A model generated the notes under the pieces. That model was not told the DNA's origin. It was given only the letters and a program-made list of their open reading frames with translations, and made no database searches. DNA of 64,000 nucleotides, taken from the sequence record MK295203. One strand, written 5' to 3'. A program made the translations under genes and the position numbers. Within the stretch, counting starts at the first letter, position 1. Each line of letters opens with the position of its first letter. The DNA comes from Escherichia phage vB_EcoM_005. Positions 37,583-47,691 of this stretch are shown in pieces.

Positions 37583-38317
37583 ATGACTACTGAATTTGAT
37601 TTAAAAGTTTACAAACGTCGCGAACATACTAAAGCCTCTGCCAAGAAACGCGGTAAGGACTTTAACCTATCTAGCAAGTACATTCGTAGACTTCTTGAAC
37701 AAAAAGTGTGTGCATATTCAGGCGAGCGCTTTGATGAGAATTCGGATAGTGATAAGATTTCGTTTGAACGCTTTAACAACGATATAGGTTATATCGAAGG
37801 TAATGTAATCCCAGTTAAAGTTAAGTACAACTGGTTGCGCGCTGATTTGTCTTTAGATGAATTGAAACGTGCACAGACTCGTTTAGCGTCCCGTATTTCA
37901 GGTAGTTCTAAAATGCCTAATAGTTTTAAAGTTACCCCCGATAATTATTATAAAATTCGTAAAATCGTTAAAAATATTAAAGATACCCAAAGAGGCCTTA
38001 AAAAGCGTGAAAAACGTCTTAAGGACCTTATTAAATCAGGAGCCACTGATAATACCCCTTCTGTCATCGCGGTTAAGGCTCGTATCCATGGTTCTAACGC
38101 TTCAATCGGTACTATGGAAAAAGGCCTTAAATCTTTAATTGGTGGACCTGATTGGCGTGTCAAGTTTAAATTGTCTGAAGCAGAAACGCGTTACGATATG
38201 TATGATAAAATTATTCAAGGTCTGGAGCGTTTAGAACACCTTTCTTTTATTGACAAAATGAAGTTGAAAAAAGGTCTTCCGCTGAATGCTTCAATTTTTT
38301 CACTGATTAGAGGTTAA
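37583..38317 (+). CDS. hypothetical basic protein at the T4 srd position
   Basis: 244-aa ORF between the ADP-ribosyltransferases and dda; synteny only. Confidence 0.35.
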   Translation: MTTEFDLKVYKRREHTKASAKKRGKDFNLSSKYIRRLLEQKVCAYSGERFDENSDSDKISFERFNNDIGYIEGNVIPVKVKYNWLRADLSLDELKRAQTRLASRISGSSKMPNSFKVTPDNYYKIRKIVKNIKDTQRGLKKREKRLKDLIKSGATDNTPSVIAVKARIHGSNASIGTMEKGLKSLIGGPDWRVKFKLSEAETRYDMYDKIIQGLERLEHLSFIDKMKLKKGLPLNASIFSLIRG

Positions 38318-38318
38318 C

Positions 38319-38618
38319 GTGATGTACTATGCATACGTATTAGTTCACAAGGACAAAGATGGGTATGAAATTCCATTGGAATATGAAGGAAAGGTGACCT
38401 TATATTCCACAAAAGCCGCTGCTGATTTCGAATGTGCTGGGTATTCATACACTACAAAACAATATTTAAGTAAGGGACGCATTGAAACAGTGTACACACC
38501 TAGAAAATGGTGGTTTGATAAGCGGGAAACAAAAACCGTATATCCTACTGAAGAACGGGCCCGAGAACTTAAATTAGTTTTAGACACTTTATATGTTAAG
38601 CGAGTAAAATTGGCATGA
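38319..38618 (+). CDS. hypothetical protein
   Basis: 99-aa ORF. Confidence 0.45.
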   Translation: MMYYAYVLVHKDKDGYEIPLEYEGKVTLYSTKAAADFECAGYSYTTKQYLSKGRIETVYTPRKWWFDKRETKTVYPTEERARELKLVLDTLYVKRVKLA

Positions 38619-39819
38619 TTACATTTGAAGACTTGAACATCGGCCAGAGGACGGCTTTTAAAGAAATCATTGAAGCTATTAAACGACGTAAGGGTGAATG
38701 GATTACATTGAACGGCCCTGCTGGTACGGGTAAAACAACCCTTACCAAATTTATTCTTGACCATCTAGTCAAGAATGGTGAACTCGGTAACAACGCGAAG
38801 CTCCTGACTTGAGCAAATGTAATGTGCTGGTTGTTGATGAAGGCTCGATGATTGACGGTAAGCTGTTTAAGATTATCGAATCTTCCGTGCCTCCATGGTG
38901 TACTGTATTAGGGATTGGCGACAGAGCTCAGCTACAGCCAGTGGAACCGGGAAGTGATGGTAGTCCACAGTTGTCTCCGTTCTTTACTCATCCAAAAATC
39001 AAGCAATTGCATTTGACCGAAGTAATGCGTAGTAATGCTCCTATTATTGAGGTGGCTACGGAAATCCGTAATGGTGGATGGTTTAGAGATTGTGTATTCG
39101 AAGGACACGGTGTCCATGGCTTTAAATCTCAAACTGCTTTAAAAGATTTTATGATGAATTATTTTTCCATCGTAAAAGACGCGGATGCCTTATTTGAAAA
39201 TAGGATGTTTGCTTATACAAATAAATCGGTTGAAAAGCTGAATAGCATTATTCGTAAAAAGCTTTATGAAACCGATGCACCTTATATCAAGGGTGAAATC
39301 CTAGTGATGCAAGAGCCTTTTATTAAGGAACTTGAATACGACGGTAAGAAATTCTCTGAAACCATTTTTAATAACGGCCAAATGGTTCGTATTCTGGATG
39401 TGAACCACACCTCATTGTTCTTGTCTGCCAAGGATGTAGGCACCCGTCAAATGATTAATTACTGGGACCTGCAAGTAGAATCCGTTGATGAAGACGACGA
39501 GTACTACGTAGAGCATTTAAAGGTTATCGATGAGGCTTCGGTTGAGAAGTTCCATTATTTCTTGGCTAAGGTTGCTACTGAGTACAAAGCCATGCGTGGT
39601 AGTGGTAAGAAACCTAAGTGGGCCGATTTTTGGAAAGCTAAGAGAATGTTCACTAAGGTTCGAGCTCTTCCTGTGAGCACTGTTCATAAATCGCAGGGCC
39701 TCACAGTCCAGAACAGTTTCATCTATACACCGTGTATGCATATGGCTGATGTGAGTTTAGCTTCACAGCTAGCTTATGTTAGTATTACTCGTGCTCGTAC
39801 TGATGCTTATTACGTTTGA
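38615..39819 (+). pseudogene. dda: DNA helicase Dda, split by internal deletion and frame change
   Basis: N-terminal ORF with Walker A NGPAGTGKTTLTKFI stops at 38812; second ORF from 38809 resumes at APDLSKCNVLVVDEGSM (Walker B); about 43 residues including motif Ia are missing. Confidence 0.75.
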
Positions 39820-39826
39820 GGAAAAT

Positions 39827-40066
39827 ATGATTAAAGTAACTAAAGACCAATTTTATAAGTTGAAATTTGAAACTGAATATATTATTAAGGTCAACCAAGA
39901 CGATACCAATATCAGTGGCAAGGCTCATAAGGTCTTGCATTCTCTTAAAGAGATTGAAAGTGATTTTATTGCAATACAAAAACTGATGGACGACAATATC
40001 TCTTCGGTTTATATTGAAGACTACACCGTCGGCCAAATCCGAGACCTTATGAGGTATGTTAAATGA
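39827..40066 (+). CDS. hypothetical protein
   Basis: 79-aa ORF from internal ATG with RBS. Confidence 0.4.
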   Translation: MIKVTKDQFYKLKFETEYIIKVNQDDTNISGKAHKVLHSLKEIESDFIAIQKLMDDNISSVYIEDYTVGQIRDLMRYVK

Positions 40067-40482
40067 AAGATATAATTATTGACTTTGAAACCTTTGCCAC
40101 TACCCAAAATGCAGCGGTTATCGACCTCGCCGTAATTGCTTACGACCCTAATCCAGCCTTTGACTTTCCTATCTTAGTCGACCTAATCCGTGATGCTTAT
40201 CGTTCTGAAGGTGTTCCTGAGAATGAAATTGATACCAGTAAATTAGAACCGGTTAAATTCTGGAACCAACGCGATATCCGTACAGCCATTGAAGCATATT
40301 CACTAACTCGTGGATTGAGCATGTGTCCTCTGCCTAACGGAACATTGAAGGGCTTTGTTGCTCATGACTCCATCCATGACTGTGCTAAGGATATCTTGAT
40401 GCTGAAATATGCCCAACGATACGCCTTGAGCCTGGAAGATGTCCCTGAGAATCCAGACCCATTAAGTATAAAAAATCGATAA
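40063..40482 (+). CDS. dexA: exonuclease A DexA (DEDDh), with large internal in-frame deletion
   Basis: IIIDFET (motif I) and HDSIHDCAKDILML (motif III) match my recollection of T4 DexA; 139 aa versus about 227 aa in T4. Confidence 0.7.
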   Translation: MKDIIIDFETFATTQNAAVIDLAVIAYDPNPAFDFPILVDLIRDAYRSEGVPENEIDTSKLEPVKFWNQRDIRTAIEAYSLTRGLSMCPLPNGTLKGFVAHDSIHDCAKDILMLKYAQRYALSLEDVPENPDPLSIKNR

Positions 40483-40486
40483 AAGT

Positions 40487-40515
40487 GTTTACTTCTCCTC
40501 ATGACATGATATTAT
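40487..40515 (+). promoter_or_regulatory. T4-type early promoter
   Basis: GTTTAC 40487-40492, 17-nt spacer, TATTAT 40510-40515, CCTATCAAC leader, GAGGAG RBS. Confidence 0.55.
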
Positions 40516-40542
40516 CTACCCTATCAACATGAGGAGAACAAA

Positions 40543-41052
40543 ATGAAAATTTATCGAGTGGAGTCATCGTTCAGTATCTTAGATAACAGCGATGTTATAG
40601 CAATCACTCACCAACAGTGCCGCCAATTAACACCGTATAGAGGCTCGTTTGATGAATGGAGCGAAGGTTGGTTATTAGAAGTAGGTTTCGACAAACCTAA
40701 TTTTAGACACCACCATACCAATAATAAAAATATTCCGCTACCAGGTCAAGACAAGTTGTTGGTGGAAAATTCTAATAAAACCATTCGAACTAAGTGGAAC
40801 CAGCCTGATTATGAAGGCTGTGATGATTATATTCCAGGTTGGTTTGTTAATCTCTACCATTTTGCTTTTGCCAGTGAGTATGATATGATGCGCTGGTTCA
40901 CTCGTGAAGAGCGTGAAGAATTATCTTCTAAAGGATTCTATCTTGCTGTTTACGAAATACCTGAAGATGAGGTTGTCATTGGTGGCCGTCAAGTAATGTT
41001 CCGCAAATCCTATGCCGAACTCGTAGATTTTATTGAAATGAGAAAATTATGA
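40543..41052 (+). CDS. hypothetical protein
   Basis: 169-aa ORF. Confidence 0.45.
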   Translation: MKIYRVESSFSILDNSDVIAITHQQCRQLTPYRGSFDEWSEGWLLEVGFDKPNFRHHHTNNKNIPLPGQDKLLVENSNKTIRTKWNQPDYEGCDDYIPGWFVNLYHFAFASEYDMMRWFTREEREELSSKGFYLAVYEIPEDEVVIGGRQVMFRKSYAELVDFIEMRKL

Positions 41053-41594
41053 AATTTAATTACAACCCTAAATATACCTCAAATCCAGCAGCTAAGCTGA
41101 TTGATTTTGATGTTTTAAGCACATATGTATGCCCTGTTAAACCACTGGAAATTAAGGAAACCGCTATGACTACCACTATTGAAATCGGCAAAACCTACAA
41201 ACTGGTTGAACCTGAAATTAAAACTAAGGCCATGATTTCCGGCCATAAAACTCTGACTGATGTTTTTGGCGAAGGCGAATTTATTGTTGAAGAATTTGCC
41301 AAAAGTGAGTGGTTCTCTAAAGCCTATATTCTCCACGGCCGTCGATTAGATAATAACAAAATAGAGAAAATCTTGGTTTATGAAGCAGAGTTCATCCTGT
41401 TCCAAGAAGTTGAAGAACAAGGCCCTACCGACCTGCTGTGTGCTGCTGTGTCTATCCGTCGTCCTTTTGATAATCCTATCTGTGGTTGGGTAACAGACCA
41501 GTGGGTTGAAGACGGTGTTGAGCTGCTGAACGTTGTACATGCTGGTGATTTTAGCGTAGTACCTCGTAGTGCAGTGGTTAATGTATTGAATTAA
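41049..41594 (+). CDS. hypothetical protein (paralogue of 41667-42233)
   Basis: C-terminal GWVTDQWVEDGVELLNVVHAGDFSVVP shared with the next gene. Confidence 0.45.
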   Translation: MKFNYNPKYTSNPAAKLIDFDVLSTYVCPVKPLEIKETAMTTTIEIGKTYKLVEPEIKTKAMISGHKTLTDVFGEGEFIVEEFAKSEWFSKAYILHGRRLDNNKIEKILVYEAEFILFQEVEEQGPTDLLCAAVSIRRPFDNPICGWVTDQWVEDGVELLNVVHAGDFSVVPRSAVVNVLN

Positions 41595-41596
41595 TA

Positions 41597-41625
41597 GTTT
41601 ACTTTATCGAGAGCCATGTTATAAT
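41597..41625 (+). promoter_or_regulatory. T4-type early promoter
   Basis: GTTTAC 41597-41602, 17-nt spacer, TATAAT 41620-41625. Confidence 0.55.
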
Positions 41626-41666
41626 GGCTCTCATGGAGAATAAACCTTTAACCAAGAGAGAAAATT

Positions 41667-42233
41667 ATGATTACTATTTCCGATATCGGCGGTATTGTTC
41701 GTGTATCCAAAAAGTCTCGTTCAAAAGCCGCGGGCTGTTTAGTTGAAGTTGTTAGCATCCAACTTAAAGAAGGTGTCAGTGAAGAAAATTCTGAAGTAAA
41801 AGTGCGTATCATTCCTAAAAATGGCCAGACTGAAACTCAATTCGCTTATGTGCGTGCTAAATTCTTGGAATCGACTGAATTTACCGGATACATCGCTCCT
41901 GTTGTTGAAGAAGTTGAATCTCACGATGGGTATGTATGTGAAAGCAATGATATCCGTGGCGTAGTAGCTCAAGACGTTGAAACTATTGACCAATCTCATG
42001 TGGGTGTAGATTTCAAATGGAAATTAGGCTCGGGTGTCTTTTTCGTTTCTCCTAAGCCGTTTAAATATTATGACGAACCTTTCGGTACTTACGAAACTAC
42101 TAGCATGTCCGGTTATATCACAGACCAATGGGTTGAAGAAGGTGTTAAACTCTATAACATCGTATTCCTTGGAACCTTTAAGGTTGTCCCTGAAAGCTTT
42201 ATTGTTGAATATGCCAATATTCATCGTGCATAA
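41667..42233 (+). CDS. hypothetical protein (paralogue of 41049-41594)
   Basis: C-terminal GYITDQWVEEGVKLYNIVFLGTFKVVP. Confidence 0.45.
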   Translation: MITISDIGGIVRVSKKSRSKAAGCLVEVVSIQLKEGVSEENSEVKVRIIPKNGQTETQFAYVRAKFLESTEFTGYIAPVVEEVESHDGYVCESNDIRGVVAQDVETIDQSHVGVDFKWKLGSGVFFVSPKPFKYYDEPFGTYETTSMSGYITDQWVEEGVKLYNIVFLGTFKVVPESFIVEYANIHRA

Positions 42234-42309
42234 AGTTTTAAAAAAACAGTATACAATATGGTAGGGTAGTGATAAGATTACCCTATCAACAAATGAGAGG
42301 AAAATAAAA

Positions 42310-42429
42310 TGGCTAAAGCTACTGTGAACTCGACTCGTGAAGAATTTGAAGATGTTCTGTTCAACCCTGATTTAATTGAAATCACTGCTGAAGGCACCGA
42401 CTTCTGGAAGGAAACTTATAATGTCTAAT
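42310..42429 (+). CDS. hypothetical small protein
   Basis: 39-aa ORF with RBS. Confidence 0.25.
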
Positions 42430-42630
42430 GAAGCTAAATTTGAACCAAGCGATTTCCCTTTGACTAAAATCACTATGGAAATGGGTTTAGTTGGCAGTGA
42501 AGACGAAGACCAGTCTGAAGATGCCGCCCCATCTGAACCTAGTGATTTCCCTTTGACTAAAATCACTATCTCTAATAATTCTGAAGCCTGGACTGTTTAC
42601 CAGATGTTGAAAGCTCACTTTAAGGAATAA
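42421..42630 (+). CDS. acidic protein with internal EPSDFPLTKIT repeat
   Basis: 69 aa; 11-residue motif occurs twice. Confidence 0.4.
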   Translation: MSNEAKFEPSDFPLTKITMEMGLVGSEDEDQSEDAAPSEPSDFPLTKITISNNSEAWTVYQMLKAHFKE

Positions 42631-42631
42631 T

Positions 42632-42808
42632 ATGCCACTTTATGATTATAAATGCCAATCTGAAGACTGTGCAAAAGAATACGAAAAAATCAAGAAAATC
42701 TCTGAAAGAGATAATGATGTTTGTCCTGATTGCCATCGGCTGGCTGTTCGGTTAGTCTCGGCTCCTAAACATGTTAATGGCGGTTTTTACGACCTGCTGA
42801 CTAAGTGA
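42632..42808 (+). CDS. zinc-ribbon protein
   Basis: 58 aa; YKCQSEDC...CPDC cysteine pairs. Confidence 0.4.
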   Translation: MPLYDYKCQSEDCAKEYEKIKKISERDNDVCPDCHRLAVRLVSAPKHVNGGFYDLLTK

Positions 42809-42814
42809 GAAATT

Positions 42815-43075
42815 ATGAAATATATTAATCGTTCTATTGCAGCTCTCGTATTAGCAGTTTCGTTGGTTGGATGTACTGATGCTGATAATGCTACCCGTGT
42901 ATTGGATGCAAATGGCTACGAACAAATCCAAATCACAGGATACAACCTATTCGGCTGTTCTGAAGATGATTTCCAACGTACAGGCTTTATTGCTGTGGGT
43001 CCGACAGGTAAAAGGGTTGAAGGAACTGTTTGTTCTGGATTATTCTTTAAAAAGTCGACCATTCGATTTGATTAA
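42815..43075 (+). CDS. predicted lipoprotein
   Basis: signal peptide with lipobox LVGC; 86 aa. Confidence 0.5.
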   Translation: MKYINRSIAALVLAVSLVGCTDADNATRVLDANGYEQIQITGYNLFGCSEDDFQRTGFIAVGPTGKRVEGTVCSGLFFKKSTIRFD

Positions 43076-43091
43076 GGGCTTCGGCCCTTTT
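43076..43091 (+). terminator. rho-independent terminator
   Basis: GGGC-TTCG-GCCC hairpin followed by TTTT. Confidence 0.5.
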
Positions 43092-43141
43092 ATGCTTTAA
43101 GTGAAATGGGATAATATTCTCCTACTACATGAGGAAATAAC

Positions 43142-44989
43142 ATGATTAAGAATGAAATTAAAGTACTGTCCGACATTGAACATATCAAAAAACGTAGTGG
43201 GATGTATATTGGCTCCAGTGCTAATGAAGCTCACGGTCGATTCCTGTTTGGTAATTTTACACAGGTAAACTATGTTCCTGGACTGGTTAAATTAATTGAC
43301 GAAATCATTGATAACTCTGTCGATGAAGCTATTCGTACCAATTTTAAATTCGCAAACAAAATTGATGTTCAAATTAAGAATAACCAGGTTTCGGTTTCTG
43401 ATAATGGTCGTGGTATTCCACAAGCAATGGTTACCGACCAAAACGGTGAACAGATTCCAGGTCCTGTAGCCGCATGGACTATTCCAAAGGCAGGTGGTAA
43501 CTTTGGAGATGACGCTGAGCGTAAGACAGGTGGCATGAATGGTGTCGGTAGTAGTTTAACTAATATCTTCTCTGTTTTGTTCACAGGCATCACCTCTGAT
43601 GGTGAGAATGAGATTACTGTCAACTGTTCCAATGGAATGGAAAACAAAGGTTGGTCTACTAAGAAATCTAAAGGTAAGGGTACTTCGGTTATATTCACTC
43701 CGGACTTTAATCATTTCGAAGAAAATAGCCTGTCACAAATTTATCTGGATATTACATTAGACCGATTGCAAACTCTGGCCGTAATTTATCCTGATATTCA
43801 ATTTACTTTTAATGGTAAAAAAGTAGATGGCAACTTTAAAAAGTATGCTAAGCAATTTGGTGAAGACTTTGTAATCCAAGAAACTGATAACGTTTCGATG
43901 GCATTTACTCCTTCTCCGGATGGGTTCCGTCAACTGACTTATGTAAACAATATCCACACCAAGAATGGCGGTCACCACGTTGAATGCGTATTCGATGATA
44001 TCTGTGAGCACCTTCTGCCAGGTATTAAAAAGAAATACCGTGGAATTGAAGTGACTAAAGCTCGTGTTAAAGAATGCCTTACGATGGTGATGTTCATTCG
44101 TGATATGAGCAACATGCGTTTTGATTCACAGACTAAAGAGCGCTTAACATCTCCTTTTGGTGAGATTCGTAATCATATCCAAATTGATGCTAAGAAAATT
44201 GCCACAGCTATTCTTAAGGTCGATGGGTTGATTATGCCTATCGTTGAAGCCGCTTTAGCACGTAAATTAGCAGCTGAAAAGGCCGCCGAAACTAAAGCCG
44301 CTAAGAAAGCTTCTAAAGCCAAGGTCCATAAGCATATTAAAGCTAACTTATATGGCAAAGATGCTGATACAACCCTGTTCCTAACCGAAGGTGATTCCGC
44401 TATGGGTCCTTTCATTGAAGTTCGTAATAAAGACCTTCAAGGCGGTTACCCATTACGTGGTAAGGTTATGAATACCTGGGGAATGACAGCAACAGATATC
44501 ATGAAGAACAAGGAACTATTTGATATCTGTGCAATCACTGGATTGGTTATTGGTGAACCTGCAGAGAAAACCAACTATCGTAATATCGCCATCATGACCG
44601 ATGCCGATGTGGATGGTACTGGTTCGATTTATCCATCATTGCTAGCCTTCTTTAGTCAATGGCCTGAATTGTTCGAACAAGGCCGAGTACGATTCTGTAA
44701 AACTCCGGTGATTATTGCTCAGGTTGGTAAAGAACAAGAATGGTTCTATGATGTGCCTAGTTATACCAAAGCTAAGGACTCTCTACCAAAACACTCCATT
44801 CGTTATATCAAAGGACTAGGTTCTCTTGAGAAGGCTGAATACCGTCGAATGATTCAAGACCCTAAATTTGATGTTGTTCAATTACCTGAAGATTGGAAAG
44901 AACAGTTTGAAATGCTCCTTGGTAATGACCCTCAACTCCGCACGGTTATATCTGGACTGATACTAGACCTCAGTTTGCAGAATACGTGA
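43142..44989 (+). CDS. 39: topoisomerase II ATPase subunit gp39 (GyrB-like), continuous ORF
   Basis: 615 aa; ATPase and TOPRIM-region motifs; covers the region split into 39 and 60 in T4. Confidence 0.9.
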   Translation: MIKNEIKVLSDIEHIKKRSGMYIGSSANEAHGRFLFGNFTQVNYVPGLVKLIDEIIDNSVDEAIRTNFKFANKIDVQIKNNQVSVSDNGRGIPQAMVTDQNGEQIPGPVAAWTIPKAGGNFGDDAERKTGGMNGVGSSLTNIFSVLFTGITSDGENEITVNCSNGMENKGWSTKKSKGKGTSVIFTPDFNHFEENSLSQIYLDITLDRLQTLAVIYPDIQFTFNGKKVDGNFKKYAKQFGEDFVIQETDNVSMAFTPSPDGFRQLTYVNNIHTKNGGHHVECVFDDICEHLLPGIKKKYRGIEVTKARVKECLTMVMFIRDMSNMRFDSQTKERLTSPFGEIRNHIQIDAKKIATAILKVDGLIMPIVEAALARKLAAEKAAETKAAKKASKAKVHKHIKANLYGKDADTTLFLTEGDSAMGPFIEVRNKDLQGGYPLRGKVMNTWGMTATDIMKNKELFDICAITGLVIGEPAEKTNYRNIAIMTDADVDGTGSIYPSLLAFFSQWPELFEQGRVRFCKTPVIIAQVGKEQEWFYDVPSYTKAKDSLPKHSIRYIKGLGSLEKAEYRRMIQDPKFDVVQLPEDWKEQFEMLLGNDPQLRTVISGLILDLSLQNT

Positions 44990-45074
44990 CTATTACAGTC
45001 GAAACATGGGACGGCGAAGTTTACCAAACCCGCGGACAAGTCTATAAGGTCGATTCAAGTAACTAAACTAATAA

Positions 45075-45092
45075 GGGCCTTCGGGCCCTTTT
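45075..45092 (+). terminator. rho-independent terminator
   Basis: GGGCC-TTCG-GGCCC hairpin followed by TTTT. Confidence 0.5.
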
Positions 45093-45096
45093 CGGG

Positions 45097-45126
45097 GTTT
45101 ACAAAGACCTGTGGTTATGATAGGAT
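45097..45126 (+). promoter_or_regulatory. possible early promoter
   Basis: GTTTAC 45097-45102 with TATGAT/TAGGAT -10 candidates. Confidence 0.35.
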
Positions 45127-45143
45127 TATCTAGAGGTGAGAAT

Positions 45144-45467
45144 ATGATTATGCAAGATAACAGTATAGTAAACACGGACAACCTGGCTTTATCCTTTATG
45201 GAAACTGCCATACGAAATTGTAAGGATGAAGGAATAGTGACTACAAGCGGTAAGGGACTTGAATACCTTAAGGCTGTAAAATCTATTGCCTTAAAGATTA
45301 AAGATAACCAGGCGCTCTCTCCTGTGGTCCAGGAAAAGGTTTTAGAGATAATGTATCGCCATCGGGAGCACAAGAGTACAATGGGTGCTATGAGAAGAAT
45401 TCTGGCTGAACTGGGTTCTACCAGAGAATATGTTCAACATGAGATAGTTAAAAATGACAAACTTTAA
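45144..45467 (+). CDS. hypothetical protein
   Basis: 107 aa; ATG after AGAGGTGAG RBS. Confidence 0.4.
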   Translation: MIMQDNSIVNTDNLALSFMETAIRNCKDEGIVTTSGKGLEYLKAVKSIALKIKDNQALSPVVQEKVLEIMYRHREHKSTMGAMRRILAELGSTREYVQHEIVKNDKL

Positions 45468-45657
45468 AGTCAATATCGATTTGTTCGATAAAGCTGTTCA
45501 TAAAGAATTCCGGCTAATCCAGCGATTTTTTGATATCAATGCGGCTGAGGATTTTAAAGAACGCTTTAAAGAAATTAGATATAAAATACTCAACGACATC
45601 GCTACTAAGGACGAGCTCCTTGAAGTGGCAGATATTTTTAAACGTAACCTGAATTGA
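45454..45657 (+). CDS. hypothetical protein
   Basis: 67-aa ORF. Confidence 0.4.
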   Translation: MTNFKVNIDLFDKAVHKEFRLIQRFFDINAAEDFKERFKEIRYKILNDIATKDELLEVADIFKRNLN

Positions 45658-45664
45658 GAAAAAT

Positions 45665-47677
45665 ATGATTATTGAAACCGAAAAAGAACAAATCATTGGT
45701 AATGGCGCTAAGTCCACAGGCTTTACTATCCAGGCATCGCCTAAGGTCTTTAAAATTCTGTCATCAGACCTTTATAGTAATAAAGTACGTGCTGTAGTAC
45801 GCGAACTGATTACTAACATGATTGATGCTCATATTCTGAATGGTAATAAAGAACGTTGGAAAGTACAGGTTCCTGGTAAACTGGACCCACGTTTCGTATG
45901 CCGTGATTTCGGTCCGGGCATGAGTGATTTCCAGATTCGTGGTAATGATGAAGAACCGGGGCTGTATAATTCTTATTTTGCTTCTTCTAAAACCTCTTCT
46001 AACGATTTCATCGGTGGATTTGGACTTGGTTCAAAATCTCCATTCAGTTATACGGAAACGTTTAATATCACGTCATGGCATAACGGTGACACAGTTCCTG
46101 TAGATGAGTCAGATTTCCGTAAGTTTGAAACCGAAATTCGTTATATCATGCGCCCATTTGTTGGTCTTGGGGATGTTGACGGTGTTGAAGTTAATTATTT
46201 CCCTGAATTCGAAGACTACTACCCAGTAACTGATACAGGTTATGGCGATTTCGAACGTTCAGGTCTTTATGCTGTTTATGGTGGTATTGTCTACCCATTA
46301 GATTCAGCTTATAATAAAGGCACATGGATGCGTACTCGTCACGATGTAGTTTATATTAAGTTCCCTATGGGTTCACTGGATATTGCTCCGTCTCGTGAAG
46401 TGCTGTCTCTTGATAAACGCACGATGGAAAATATTGCAACCCGTATCGAAGCACTGGATGCAGTGGTCTTTAAAAATGATACTAAGGAATGGGTTGAATC
46501 CGATAATCCACGTCATGTTTATCGTGACCTCTCTAACCTTGGTTATAGTGCTCGTGATTATCTTTCTAAAAGAGGTATTACTAAACAGTTCACAACTGAA
46601 AAATTAACATACGAGAAATTATACCAGCGTTATACACTTCAAAACGACCTTCTTAATTTAGGCGTTGTTTACGAAGTTTGTATGGACCCACGTTTGAAAC
46701 GAATTAAGTCGAGTGGTAATACTTCTTCAGTAGCAGGACTTAGTAATTCTGCTTCAGCCAAGAAAATTGTTAAAGAGCACAATATTCCTAAATACGGAAC
46801 TGACCTTATTTTCGTCGACCCTAATTCAATGTTGCAAATGCAGCAGCTTGAAAAGGTTAAAGAACTTTTTAAAGGTGATACAATTCATTTTTATAAAGTC
46901 TCTGAACTGAATAAAATTGTTAAGCCATGGATTCCGGTTACTGTTCGTTCATCAGAACCTCGGCCTAAAACACCAAGTGCTTATCGTTGGTTCATTAAAG
47001 ATGGGCGCTGGCAAACCGAGACCATGTATTTGACCGCTGCAGAAGCAGAAGAAATTACAGGTTATGTGCTGTTCGGCAGCCGTTCTGATATCATGGGAAT
47101 GGATGAAGCTTATGGTATCTTTGACATCAATACCACTACCATGTGCCGTATGGCCAATTTGATTGGTGCTACCGAATTCCATATCATTCGCCCTCAGATT
47201 GCCAAAAAGATTAAAAAGTTAGGCCAGTGCGAATGCTTGATGGAAACCACGTTAGAAGCTTATGCCGAAGCATTAGATGCTGTAGATATTGATGATTATA
47301 TTGGCAGTAATACCCGTGCAAGGTATTATCTTGAAATCATCGCTAAGTTCCCTGAGCTTGGTTTCATGACTAAGTATTTCAGTGACAAGCCAGTGTCTGA
47401 AACATATACTCGTCTGAGCAATTTCTATGATATATTCCGTTATATGAATTTCCATGGTTATATCACTGATGATAAATTGAATATCACCAAGAGAATTTGT
47501 AACAATACGTTTAATACGTTAACCAATAATGCTTCAAGCAACAATGATAAAATGACTGTACAGTTTGAATCCGATTACCATTTAGTTTCGGACTACATGT
47601 ATCGTCGTGGAACATCCATTACCGAGGCTTCTGTAGCTCAAATCGTTAAATTCATGAAAGCCGTGGAAGCGGCTTAA
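45665..47677 (+). CDS. rIIA: RIIA protein
   Basis: 670 aa; N-terminal IGNGAKSTGF, LYSNKVRA..RELITN, RFVCRDFGPGMS, IGGFGLGSKSPFSY match my recollection of T4 rIIA. Confidence 0.9.
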   Translation: MIIETEKEQIIGNGAKSTGFTIQASPKVFKILSSDLYSNKVRAVVRELITNMIDAHILNGNKERWKVQVPGKLDPRFVCRDFGPGMSDFQIRGNDEEPGLYNSYFASSKTSSNDFIGGFGLGSKSPFSYTETFNITSWHNGDTVPVDESDFRKFETEIRYIMRPFVGLGDVDGVEVNYFPEFEDYYPVTDTGYGDFERSGLYAVYGGIVYPLDSAYNKGTWMRTRHDVVYIKFPMGSLDIAPSREVLSLDKRTMENIATRIEALDAVVFKNDTKEWVESDNPRHVYRDLSNLGYSARDYLSKRGITKQFTTEKLTYEKLYQRYTLQNDLLNLGVVYEVCMDPRLKRIKSSGNTSSVAGLSNSASAKKIVKEHNIPKYGTDLIFVDPNSMLQMQQLEKVKELFKGDTIHFYKVSELNKIVKPWIPVTVRSSEPRPKTPSAYRWFIKDGRWQTETMYLTAAEAEEITGYVLFGSRSDIMGMDEAYGIFDINTTTMCRMANLIGATEFHIIRPQIAKKIKKLGQCECLMETTLEAYAEALDAVDIDDYIGSNTRARYYLEIIAKFPELGFMTKYFSDKPVSETYTRLSNFYDIFRYMNFHGYITDDKLNITKRICNNTFNTLTNNASSNNDKMTVQFESDYHLVSDYMYRRGTSITEASVAQIVKFMKAVEAA

Positions 47678-47691
47678 TCTAAGGAAATATT

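Noticed and set aside
43142-44989. Gene 60-type translational bypass in the topoisomerase large subunit
   Set aside because: gp39 is a single continuous 615-aa ORF covering the region split in T4; there is no coding gap or take-off/landing arrangement.
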